From positions 1 through 64,000 of the forward strand of contig LWCA01000052.1 in the NCBI GenBank assembly GCA_001642005.1: DNA of 64,000 nucleotides, read 5' to 3'. The position numbers and the translations under genes are program-made. This DNA is from Intoshia linei. Taxonomy: Eukaryota > Animalia > Orthonectida. Shown piece after piece: positions 1-11,410 of this stretch. The notes beneath the pieces were generated by a model. That model had not been told where the DNA came from. It ran no database searches and saw nothing but the letters and a program-made list of their open reading frames with translations. The first letter of the stretch is position 1. Every line of letters begins with the position of its first letter.

Positions 1-765
1 TTATGGGTTCGGCGTATTCAGATGAATAATGTACTTAATTTTCCATTATTAGAATAACATTTATGTGAAAATTAAATATAGTTTTGCATTTTGAGACTCT
101 AAAAGACTATTTTGATGAGTATTTTTCACCAGGCGAATTAGATGGCGATGAAGGGTGGATAATTAATCCATTGAAATTCAATATGGAAATAATTCCTGAT
201 AATGAAATATTTAAGAAAGATTTAATTGATTTAAAAGTTGATCAATTTATGGAGATGCAATTTGGTGTTAATGATTTAACAAATTTTTGGTGCATAGCAC
301 TTCAAATTATCCAAATATTGCAGAAATAGCACTTGATATACTTCTTCCCTTCTCAACCTCTATTTATCGTGAAATTGGATTTTCAGTATTATGTTACTTA
401 AAAAACAAATATCGTAATCGTCTTAATTTAAAAAATGACATACGCGTTTCTTTAACATCGAAACAACCAAGATTTCACAAAATAATTAAAAATAAAAATT
501 ATAAATAAATATAAATTAATATAGAATCGAAAAAGTTGTATTTAATAGTCTCTGTTACAACCATGCAAAGTATCTATTCTGTCAGATTAATAATTCTCAA
601 TTTTTCATGTATCTATTTTTGAGGAAGTAGAGTTTAACTATTTATTTTATTTGATTTTTTTTAATGCACATGGTATCATAGTTACAATAAATAGAAATTA
701 TGATGGTGTATCAAATTATGATTTTTTAGTTTAGGGTACCAACTGCCAATTATGTTGAGAACGTT
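1..765 (+). mobile_element. Decayed hAT (Charlie/Buster, SCAND3/ZBED-like) transposase 3' end
   Basis: ORFs 84-329 and 287-508 join through a frameshift to give FWC..YPNIAEIALDILLPFSTSIYREIGFSVL..KNKYRNRL..DIRVSL..PRF, the hAT C-terminal dimerisation region. The right boundary is approximate. Confidence 0.75.
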
Positions 766-1571
766 AAAATTAGAAGTAAGCTTGTCGTTTATACATTTAA
801 GTATTACATGTAATTAAAGGTAAAAAAGAAATTGAGTGTTATCTTTAGTCATAAAAATCACAGAAACCGCAAGAAAGGTCGTGATTATGCTTCAACAGTT
901 TGATTATGTTTATACATTAAGTTAAAAATGCAAGGTATTTTCTTTTTTAATTACCGTGAGAAATTATAACTCAAGCGAGATTACCAGCTATGTGAATCTG
1001 AATCAGCAATGAACATTCAACTCGTTGAAACTACATTAACTTTAAACTTTAAATCAGCATTTCTCAACCGGTGCACCCAGCGAAAACTTCTCTACATTAC
1101 TATACGCCCATAAACCAGAAATGTATATTAATCAGATGCATTATATTTTTATTTGTGTTACAGAATCGGTTGACTTAATTTTAGTTTTTCTACCACAATC
1201 AAATAAAACGGTAACATTTTTTATTTACCTGTCAGTTCCATAAAAAGGATAATATGGTTCCATCTATCAGTACATTATTTGGCACGCCCAAAATATTTAA
1301 TTTTTAAATACCAAACAAGTGAGCCCTTAAACAAATGTGAGTAACACTAGCAATCGATATACCGTTATAATTGTAAATGTATTAATTATTTAGCATTAAT
1401 GAAATTACTTTGCATAATTCTGAGATTCAAACTAATTTTCCGATTAAAATATGAATATAATTGAATCAGTTTCCATTTATTTTAAAAATAAAAAACAAGA
1501 CTTACAATAGATGAAACCAGTTTTAAACAATATACTATTAAATAATGTATTATGTAATGGTTGTTAACAAA

Positions 1572-4500
1572 TTATTTGTGCCATTTATAAGAGTCCGAGT
1601 AAGTATAAAATCTAGAAATAAGATTGTCTGCTTCCTTGAAACTTCGACTAAAACGACAAATTATTAATAACAAGTAAAATAAGTAAAATTATTAATATGA
1701 TTGAACCTGCCATATTGATAAGGAACAGGTTTGATATTGTTCTGAGTTATATAATCAAGTAATGGCGTAAAAATACGCCACGATTCTCTTAGTTCATCAC
1801 TTCTAACACAATTCAACTGACTTCCATTGATTACATCAAATATTAATCGCTCATAAGCGTCCGCGATGTATACACTCTAAAAATCGGATTAATTCACAAT
1901 AAAAACTAATAAATACCGGATATCTTTGATTATACGTTAAATCCAACTCAGTTTCCGATAAATCATAATGACTTCCTGGTTTTTTAACAGTAACCTTCAT
2001 GTATATTGATTCTTGCGGTTGAATGCGGATAATAAGTTCATTGTTTATTAATTTATTAGATAAACTTTTAAATAATTTAGTGGATTCTGTTTTTTTGAAC
2101 TGTATTCGAATTTCACATTTTCTTTCATTCATAGCTAGATTTAAATTTAACATTGGTAAAAATATGTTATGTTTACTGGTATATAGTTGTTTCTAAAAAT
2201 GTGTTTGTCTATGTATTACAATGTCTAATCATTCAAGTACAATCTACTTAGTGCAGTGTCCTCATCCACGTGTTCGCGATGAAATTTAAGTTTTTATGAA
2301 AAAAATTTTTTTTGTTACTATAAATTATGTAATATAAATAAATTACAATGTAAAAACACTCCCAGAACTTTTGGTCTTTTAAATTCTACGATTCTTTTTA
2401 TTTAAAAAAGGGCTAATTTAGGTTTTTGACCATGATGGCATCAATTCCGAGAATCAAATTTGCAAAAAAAGATCACTCTAGAAAAATGTAATAGAAATTG
2501 GTGTTTTCTAAATTCTAGAACTCTTATTTATGATTTCTATTTAGATGTTTTTTTTCGTGGAGCGCAGTGCTATTATTATAACTTTATTAATTTTTTAATT
2601 AAACGTTAACTGTTAACGTATACATAAAATAGAAATTTAATTTTATACAATCATTACTTATATAATATGCTAACCAATATTTGTGTATGTGTGTTCCACT
2701 TTATTTCAATAACTACCAGTCTCAGAATTTTATAAAGTCCATATTTCAATTACAGTTTTTTCGGGGTGATAATAATATAAAATTCAACCTCCCAAACTCA
2801 CATCTTACGGGTCAAAAAACAAAATTTTTCTTTTTTTTGAAAATCAAACGAGTTGGTGAATCTAAAAAAATATATACGCTCATACGGATTTTAAAATCAT
2901 TTTTTTGGAAAAGTCAAATAGAACATTATAACCTCTCACACTGCAAAATATTGATCCTATAATTTCAAAAAAAATGTGAATTGAACGTCTTCACATTTCC
3001 AATAAAGAAATATGGGTGAAAATCTATATAATTCTTTCCTTCGCAATTTTTAAATTTCAAATTCTCATTTTCAAATTTTGTTTCAAATTTAAACTACAAC
3101 AACGAAACTAAAAGTAATACAACTTTGTTATTATCATTTTTATATTTATTACAATCCTTTATAATATTGGTAAAATTCGCCGTAAATTTTAAAAATGTTT
3201 ATAAAGTGAAGATTCGGTTAATTATTGATACATAATTGGTATTTTTAAGTATTTATTAAATTGGTACTGAATATATATCATCACATTAAAAATGACAAAA
3301 TAGGTTTTTATAATTTTGTTTTTTCTGGAATTTATGCTATTTATGACAATTTTTAGGATTGGACTGTTTTTACTTTACTTTTAATATTATACACACATTT
3401 TACTAATAAATTAAAAAAATGGGATAAGAATTGTTTTTAAAATTCTGTATGCAAATGTTCACAAAAAAATTAAGATGGAATAATGCATTTTAAAGTAAAA
3501 AGTAATGTGATATGATGGTTCCACCTGAAAAAAGTTTGGGAAACACTCCTTTAAAGGATTGATAATAGTAAATAGTAGGATTTTCAACGTGAATTTATTT
3601 TTTGGTATAATAAAAATGTCCCTCGGCAGAGCTAGGTTGTGTTTGTACGTAGAACATAACAATCAACCTATATTTTATAGTTAAATTATAAAATGTGCCT
3701 ATCCGTCAAAAAGGTGAGGACTCTGAGTCGGGGCTTGACTTAGTATACCACCAAACCAATCATGAATACAAATATTTTGGTTTACAATGTAAACTTTACA
3801 TGAAAAAATTTTTATTCTCAATAACTGGTCTGCAAATATTGATTGTCAAGTGAATACGCTGAGTAAATAACATTGTAAATTTACAAAAGCTTACACAAAA
3901 AAGTCACTTTCATTCAACCATCTTTTAAGAAAAAATCCACTTTTACCATTTTATTTTGTCCAAAAACAGTACTAAATTGATGGTAAACCTTGTAAATTTC
4001 TGATTGAAATGTATGAAACTCTGCATTACTTTCTTATGGGTAAATTTAATGATGGCTTCATCGTGATTGGAAAGTTTTCGAGTTTTTATTCATTGAAAAA
4101 ATGGATATATGATTTAAGAGAACATTTAAAAGTTTTGTAGTAAAATTAATGAATATGAAGATGTTAAAAAATGGTTTTTTTCAATTTCACATACGACAGA
4201 ATCGACTCTAGTAAAAATAACAACAAAAAGTATGTTAAAGGTACATATCATTTATTTTAATTTAATATTAATTCTCGTCGGGTAGACTATAATCACTTAA
4301 ATCGGTAGATTCGTCATTATTAATTAAAGATATTTGCTCAACTTTAGCGTCACTTGTAAGATATGAGATTCTATATTTTCTTTTTTTTCTATGAAAATAT
4401 CCGTATTGCAATATAAACAATAACAGTATTATGGAAAAAACGAATGATACCGTGTAAACAATTCGATGGACTTTAATTACAACGGGATGAAAACTTGTAA

Positions 4501-7500
4501 TGTAAGTTTCTATAACATCATTAAATTTTGAATCGGTACAATTATCACCCGTGTCACTAATTGAATATTTTAGTAAAGACTGTATTTTTTCGGTGTTGCA
4601 CATATGAGGATAATGTAAATCACTGGCATAAGGTTCATAACCTATAGACGTTATTCTTGTTATTTTATTATTTATACACGTATACCCTACATTGATAGAA
4701 TTAAAGTCTTCATTCGGAAGACATTTATTAGTTTCTTCGTCTCTTAAATATCCAATAGAACAGATAAAATCGTTTTCGTCACACAAACAATTATTATTTT
4801 TTTCAAAGACACGTTTATATAATGAAACATAGCAAAAGTTATCTAGAGAACCAGAAATTTCCTTATCGGAATATATGTACAATTCACCACTATCACAATG
4901 GTTTGGAATTGATTTTTCTTCAATTTTGCATTCACTAATTTCAATTTTAATGATAAATTCAGTCATTGTAACGGAATTTATATCAAACACTACAAATTCA
5001 ACATTTTGTATTAAATGGTTATGCCTCGCATACATATACTTGTTCATATTGTGCTGACTTAAATCATTATCAGACGTCGATAAACTCTGAAAAATTTCTT
5101 GATGAGCAGATATATCAATTGTGTACCACGAAAGGCCTGCAGACAGAGAAATATAAAGGATGCTTTTGCAATGAATGATTATCATTTGATATCTACTAAT
5201 CGGGAAAAACTTGGTATCCATAGACAAATCTGACACCGGCATTTTCCACGACTTACAACCATCAAAAGTAATATAATAGTGAGATAAACCATTTTGAGGG
5301 CTTTCCCTAATTCCAATGAACCCCAATTTTTGTAAATAATCATCTACATGAACAACATGGATATTCTTTCCGTCAACTTGAATATTTTTCCAACTGTCAC
5401 CACTGTTAAACGATATAAAAGAGGAAGAATGAATTGTCAATATAGGAAACACGAATTCATCCTTTGAAGTACACCAAAATTGTATTTCGTTGTCGACATC
5501 CTTCAAAATGTTGATAAACTTGGTAGGTTGATAAACGTAGCCATGAATGTCACTAATAAACAGATCAGAATTCACCTTCCCACTTGAGGCATCCGTTTCA
5601 TGCATGAATAACAATACTCTATTTCGAATAGAAAAAATATTTTTTATGGAAAATTTGTTGGTATGATACACGCTTTCGTGGTTTTTTATGATGGAAGAAG
5701 GTAAATGAGAAACATTATTTAAATGGCTGCCTCCAATAATGTGCATACAAGTAAAAATATTACCCTGGTCCGCTGAAACCATTTTTTTCCCGTCCAAATT
5801 GACCAAAAAAATGTACTTATCTTTCGTATATAGATTCATAATATTATTATCCACATGTTCTATAGTTTCCTTTTCAGCGACATATCTATATAAACTATTT
5901 TTGGAATCACGTATATAAGCCACGTGTTCATTAAGATTAAAAAAGAATCCAAAATTCTTTCCATCAACCCAAACAATACTGACAATATCACCCTTAAGAT
6001 TATTTAGATTAACATTTACCATTGTATTTTTCAAAACATCAACAATGTACAATTTACGAGAATTATAAAGAGCAATAGATGAAAATGCATTTCCCCTTAT
6101 TGTAGACGCCTTTAAATCAGTTGCAACTATTTCCACGTCTCCAGAAATTTCAACACTATTTCCATCATTTCCGATTATGATGTGAACAACATATTTTTTC
6201 TTTTTGGGAATATATACATTCATACGAGTAAGACTGACATTATTTATAATGTACCCTCTGTCATTCGTACCATTTATGGAGAAGGGTGTAACACTTTGTA
6301 TATCATCTAATATTTCCATCACTTCCATTTTTTTATCGTCAAGATTCCACTTGAAAAGAGCACCATTTTTATCATTGTTGAATAATACAAAATACACATT
6401 TCGAGTTACCCACTGAAATTTGAGTTTACTTTGAGTATGTAAGTTTTGAGGGAAAATTTCTTGCGCCAATTTAATTAAATTTAAATGTTTAAAACATGCC
6501 ACGTAACGCAAAATATAAACAATCATCATCAGCTTTAGAATCATTTTATTTTGATGAGGAATCTTTAAATAAAAATTTGTAGTATTATAGTTTGTAAATA
6601 AAATCGTTTATTGACAGTATGAATTTGACATTGCAGATCAAATGATTATTTTAGTATTTATGGTACTATTAACTTGTAGAAAAAATTTTTAATCCAAATT
6701 TTCGAGGCGCATTGTTAAAATAAAATGAATAAACTATCTCACATTACATGTTAATAAGGTTGACTGTTATGTACTATGTACAAACAACTATGCCGAGGAC
6801 GGACTTTTTTAATTCTACACATAAAAATAAATTAACAATGTAAATAAAAAAATCTAACTTAAAAATGCTATTATTCACTATTATCAAAACTTTAAAGGAG
6901 TCGTTCCCAAACTTGTTTCACGTGGACCCGTCATATCACATTACCTTTTAATTTAATTCCACCAGGTGAATTATTCCACCTTAATTTTATTTTGTTAACA
7001 TTTGTGTAAAGCAAAGCAAGAATGTGGAGCGAAGCGATAAAAAAATTTTAGGGTCCCTTTTTAGAAAACAGGGTATACGGTTGGTTGGAGACTTAGATTT
7101 TTATTTCATTAAGTATTAATAAAAGCATTAAAAGATATTATGTAGGTTTCTAGTAACTTTTATTTCTTTTACAAAAACTTACTTTATATTGAACAAAGTT
7201 TACTTTTTCATTTGAAAATATGCATCATGCAGTCACAAAAAATTCTTGAAAATTCTTCACAAATGTTGTTTTCTCACTTTTTCTGAGTGAAATCAGATAT
7301 GATATTATCAAAACTGATATCATTCTCAATTGACATTAAGGAGAGCGCATTCAAACGAGGTTGATATTGAAATTCGGCGCCTCTTTTTAAGATATAAATG
7401 TAAAGTACTTTTATTAATTTGGGCCTTTTTTAATGAATGACCCTGGGCTACAGCCCATATTGGCCATGCCTTAAAACGGCTCTGCACTTGCATATAAAGT

Positions 7501-10437
7501 AATTGAGTTAAAAATGTAGGTCCATTTGTTTGTCGATCTGTTGATTTAAGAATGTAAGGAGTCAAATTTTAAAAATGCAATATTTCTTTTACAGTTTTTC
7601 TAGAGTGTGTTAAAATATGTAATGTTATGTTAATTTTATGGCAAATTTCTTTTTTAGAATTGAGTCCTTGAAGGTCAAAAACCCCAATTGTCCTTTTTTT
7701 TAAATTCAAACCCGACCTAGAATTATTAAAAATATACAATCTGATCAAGATTTTAAAATCATCAACATTATGATTAGTTTCAATTTCAAAATATTATATC
7801 TTTACGGCCAAAACCACAAATTACCTTTTTTTGAAAAAATGAAAAAAGGTCTAGGATTTTATACAACCTAAATTCCGGGATTGTTTTTAAATTCATAAGC
7901 AGTATCATAAATGGCAACCTAAAAAAGATCATTTTCATGATCAAAAACCCAGATTAAAAATGAAAAATCTTAGAATTTCAAAAAAAATTACAGATGATAC
8001 AGTTATATCAAGTTAACACACACAAAATTTTTTAATCTGACAAAGTGACGCTTTCACGGTCAAAAAACCACTTTAATATTCATATTTTTTTATTTCGAAA
8101 CTATTTTATTAAAACATATACAATAATGTAATTTGAAATAATTAACTGTCCTATAATTAGAAAAAAATTATTCTGATAGTTTATTCCAGTTGACATAAAT
8201 ACAAAATTTTAACCCTAGACATCTACGAATTCCCTTTGAAACATTTTTAATATATTATCAACGAATATTTTTTAAATGTTGGATTAAAATTAAAAAGTTT
8301 ATAATCATTCTACAATTTAAAAAAATAAATATGGGTGGAAATCTATATAATTGATTCCTTAGAAATTTTTTTCTTGCTACGTAATTTTTCATTCTCAAAT
8401 ACTCATTTTCAAAAAATTTGAAATCACTTTGTACAAAATTTTAATTTAAAATTGCTACAAAAAAGTACTAGAAAGAACAACTTACTTTCTTAAATAAGCT
8501 GGAATAGACGGAAAATAATCAAACAAATATACATTTTTAACTAGATTACTTTACATAAGTAAATATAGCTCTAAGAAAATTTATTAAGCTTCGTAGATAG
8601 TAAAAGTCAGTTTACTGGGAAAGACTAAATTTTAACAATTTTCCTTTATACATTTTTAATCAATAAAACACAACCAGTTGATTGATATGAAACGTATTCT
8701 GCAAGAAGATGATGTGTATGACATTTGTTTGTTTTAAAGTAGAGTGGCCAGAAAAAATACGTACTTTCAATTTTAGTTTATTTGGTGATAAATATACAGC
8801 CAAAACAATCTATGATGATTGATGACGAATAAAAATTTATTCCAAATAAACTAAAAGTGATAGTACGTATTTTCTGGCCACTTTACATAAATACGTTTTT
8901 GAATGATTAAATGATGGTTGAATTCCTCATAATTAACCAAAAACTCTAGATAAACCTCAATATGAACTTTGAAAAACCAGAATAAATGAGCTGGAACTGA
9001 ATTTAAAAAAATGGTAAACCCAATGTATTTAACCCATGAAATAAATTAGCCATAGCAACCAACTTAAAACTGACATAACACCAATTGTGTTCTATAAATG
9101 TTATAATTAATTCAAATACATTTAGTGAAGGGTAAATTTACTAATTTAAAAAAACGATTTCGTAACCAATATTCAAAAAAATATTAAAATAGTGACGGTA
9201 CCTTAAAAAGGACCATGCCAGATATAGTCGAACCGACAATGCTTGAGCCCTATATGTGAAAAATCTAAAAAACGTGCGTAACGCCATATACCTCTAGCCA
9301 GCTCTGAACCAGTTTATGATAAATTAAAAAAACCTTTTCCACATTTCAAAATAAAAGGAACACCTCTCCATCTGTTATTATCTATCGTGAGAACAGTGCA
9401 AGCATATGTAGGAGTAATTGAATTTTTGGGAACACCATCTTCATCAAGATACGAAGTAGATTCCGCAACGTCATTATTTTTAACATATTGTCCTAAAACA
9501 GTGGTATCCATTTCTGCTGGTAATATATTCATCAACACGTTAACCTTAGCATCACGCACATCTGAAACTGAATCAGAGTTTGGTTTTTCCATAGCCACAA
9601 GAGATACAAGTTGCATTAAATGGTTCTGCATAGCATCTCTAATCATACCGTACTGGTCAAAAAATGAAGCTCTTCCACTAATACCAAAAGGTTCCTTAAA
9701 TGTAAAAGTAATGTTTGCTATACGGTCATTATTCCAAATTGATTCGAATATCATATTCGAAAATCGTAAAACCATAATATTCTGAACCATCTCCTTTCCC
9801 AAATAATGATCAATCCTGTAGAGTTCCTCTTCTTTAAACAAATTTGACAAGGTTTTAGATAATTCCAAGGAAGAGGCACTATCGTGACCAAAAGGTTTTT
9901 CGATTATTAATCTTGTTTGGAAACCATCTGTGACTCTTCTGGGTCCTTCGATTTTTTCAACCATGTTACTTACAGAAATGAAAACATTAGATGGCAATGC
10001 TAAATAGTAAATTCTATTTGCGGATGGATCAATATCATTCAAAAAATTATCAAATTTGATAAAATCATCAAGGTTATCGTATGAACCTTGATAATATAGG
10101 TTCATTTCGCTAAAAAATTTATCAAACATTTCCTCTTCCTTTTCAGACTAAAAATAATGTAATTTGGCATTGAAACAAAATAAAAAACTTTTAAAGTAAT
10201 GTACTTTTTGACGCTACATTTTATTTTTTCTACACTAATATCAGATCTAGCATATCCAATCACTTTTATAATCTTGCCCATCCAGTTGTCTCGATATAAA
10301 CACCTAAAATTAAAATAAAACTTTCAATCTTACCATAATGATGGATATATCTTTTTCTTGGCAAGATCACCCTAATTCATAATAATATAGTGTATTATTT
10401 CAGATTTTACGGAAGCTCCAAATAGAACAAAGAACAT
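1572..10437 (-). CDS. G6PD: Glucose-6-phosphate 1-dehydrogenase, 7 exons: 10437-10411, 10371-10334, 10303-10189, 10147-9334, 2134-1917, 1876-1707, 1647-1572
   Basis: Spliced translation gives FGAS|[32 protein letters not shown]|[19 protein letters not shown] and SWRIFTPLL, ending YKWHK*. All introns are GT-AG and in frame. A further short 5' exon is possible. Confidence 0.95.
2690..3671. repeat. Copy of an abundant composite dispersed repeat (non-autonomous transposon-derived)
   Basis: Reverse-complement match to about 27320-28400. Sub-blocks recur at 6756-7010, 7660-8420, 11730-11830, 52980-53170 and 60970-61660. Confidence 0.8.
4268..6544 (-). CDS. VPS10-domain (sortilin-like) type I membrane receptor, intronless, nested in G6PD intron 4
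   Basis: 758 aa with an N-terminal signal peptide, Asp-box/BNR repeats ([32 protein letters not shown]), a 10CC-like Cys region ([14 protein letters not shown]), one transmembrane helix followed by RKKRK, and an acidic tail with the dileucine-type signal EQISLI. Confidence 0.8.
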   Translation of the reverse strand: MILKLMMIVYILRYVACFKHLNLIKLAQEIFPQNLHTQSKLKFQWVTRNVYFVLFNNDKNGALFKWNLDDKKMEVMEILDDIQSVTPFSINGTNDRGYIINNVSLTRMNVYIPKKKKYVVHIIIGNDGNSVEISGDVEIVATDLKASTIRGNAFSSIALYNSRKLYIVDVLKNTMVNVNLNNLKGDIVSIVWVDGKNFGFFFNLNEHVAYIRDSKNSLYRYVAEKETIEHVDNNIMNLYTKDKYIFLVNLDGKKMVSADQGNIFTCMHIIGGSHLNNVSHLPSSIIKNHESVYHTNKFSIKNIFSIRNRVLLFMHETDASSGKVNSDLFISDIHGYVYQPTKFINILKDVDNEIQFWCTSKDEFVFPILTIHSSSFISFNSGDSWKNIQVDGKNIHVVHVDDYLQKLGFIGIRESPQNGLSHYYITFDGCKSWKMPVSDLSMDTKFFPISRYQMIIIHCKSILYISLSAGLSWYTIDISAHQEIFQSLSTSDNDLSQHNMNKYMYARHNHLIQNVEFVVFDINSVTMTEFIIKIEISECKIEEKSIPNHCDSGELYIYSDKEISGSLDNFCYVSLYKRVFEKNNNCLCDENDFICSIGYLRDEETNKCLPNEDFNSINVGYTCINNKITRITSIGYEPYASDLHYPHMCNTEKIQSLLKYSISDTGDNCTDSKFNDVIETYITSFHPVVIKVHRIVYTVSFVFSIILLLFILQYGYFHRKKRKYRISYLTSDAKVEQISLINNDESTDLSDYSLPDEN
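6756..7010. repeat. Repeat block inverted relative to 3445-3671
   Basis: aggttgactgttatgtactatgtacaaac...tgccgagg...ctttaaaggagtcgttcccaaactt...catatcacattac aligns with the reverse complement of 3445-3671. Confidence 0.8.
7660..8420. repeat. Dispersed repeat family copy
   Basis: Shares atgggtggaaatctatataatt...ctcattttcaaaa with 3010-3075, and gtgacgctttcacggtcaaaaa with the reverse copies at about 28005 and 61360. Confidence 0.7.
8742..8883. mobile_element. Tc1/mariner-type MITE (about 142 bp)
   Basis: About 45-bp terminal inverted repeats (gtggccagaaaaaatacgtact..ttttagtttatttgg / ccaaataaactaaaa..agtacgtattttctggccac) with TA on both flanks. Confidence 0.75.
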
Positions 10438-11410
10438 TTTATTCTGATCCAAAATTATGCGAAATATCAACAGTAAAACTTTATTGAATGCTTTAAAACT
10501 ATCTTACCATACATCACAATAACATAACATGACCTTACAAAAGGAACTTGGAAACAAATATATAAATGGTGTAGTTGAACTATTTTTAGATGAGTATTTA
10601 ATACATTTTGTATGTTTAAACTTTAGACAGGTATATAGATACATTGCTATTGCACTAATCTTGATTCGAATGTATACTTTTTATATAACGCACATGTAAT
10701 GCTTACTTGATAGAGGGTTTATAGTCATTCATTATGTACTATGAGGTATGAGATGGAATCACGATTTAATTAAGCAAGTCACCCATAGTCTAACCTAGTG
10801 TTTCCCAAATGAGGCGCTTGGCCCCACCAGGGTGGCTTACAGAGTCTGAGGGAGACCGTAGATTTAAGAAAAATTTTAAAATTAACTTAGAATCATTATC
10901 ATTAATTTGAGTTAGTATTTGATATTTAATTAATATATTCTTGAAATTTGGATTAATTGTAAATTATAATAAATTTAAGTTATTAACCCTTACGCGACAA
11001 TAACATGTATATAAACAAAAAAGAACAATCATAAATTTACAATTTTTGTATACTAGGCCCTAATAACTAGGAGTCAACTATATTAAAGTATGATTTATAA
11101 CGAAAATAAAACTAGTAATATTAAAAGATAATATTTTTTTAATCGGTTATAATAATATAATAAACATTCACTATTTTGTGTGTTAAATTTAAACTCTGAA
11201 GTGGAAGACCTTGGAGAAGTGACTAGGAGATACATGATATTACATTTCGTTTAGTAATATTTATAGGGTCTATTTTTTATTTTTGGTTTGATCCGCCCGC
11301 ATGGTAAGTTTGTCTCTAAGTTCATCTTTAGGAAAGACTACTAATCATTGTCGTATATTACACTGTAAAATAGTTTGATTTTGAAATTTTAATGGAATAA
11401 ATACAAAATG

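Noticed and set aside
9387-9785. 132-aa plus-strand ORF and similar shadows (4875, 6204, 14420, 18284-19177, 24885, 26166, 47916, 50979, 54813, 56377, 58154)
   Set aside because: They lie antisense to or overlap well-supported coding exons and have no motifs of their own.
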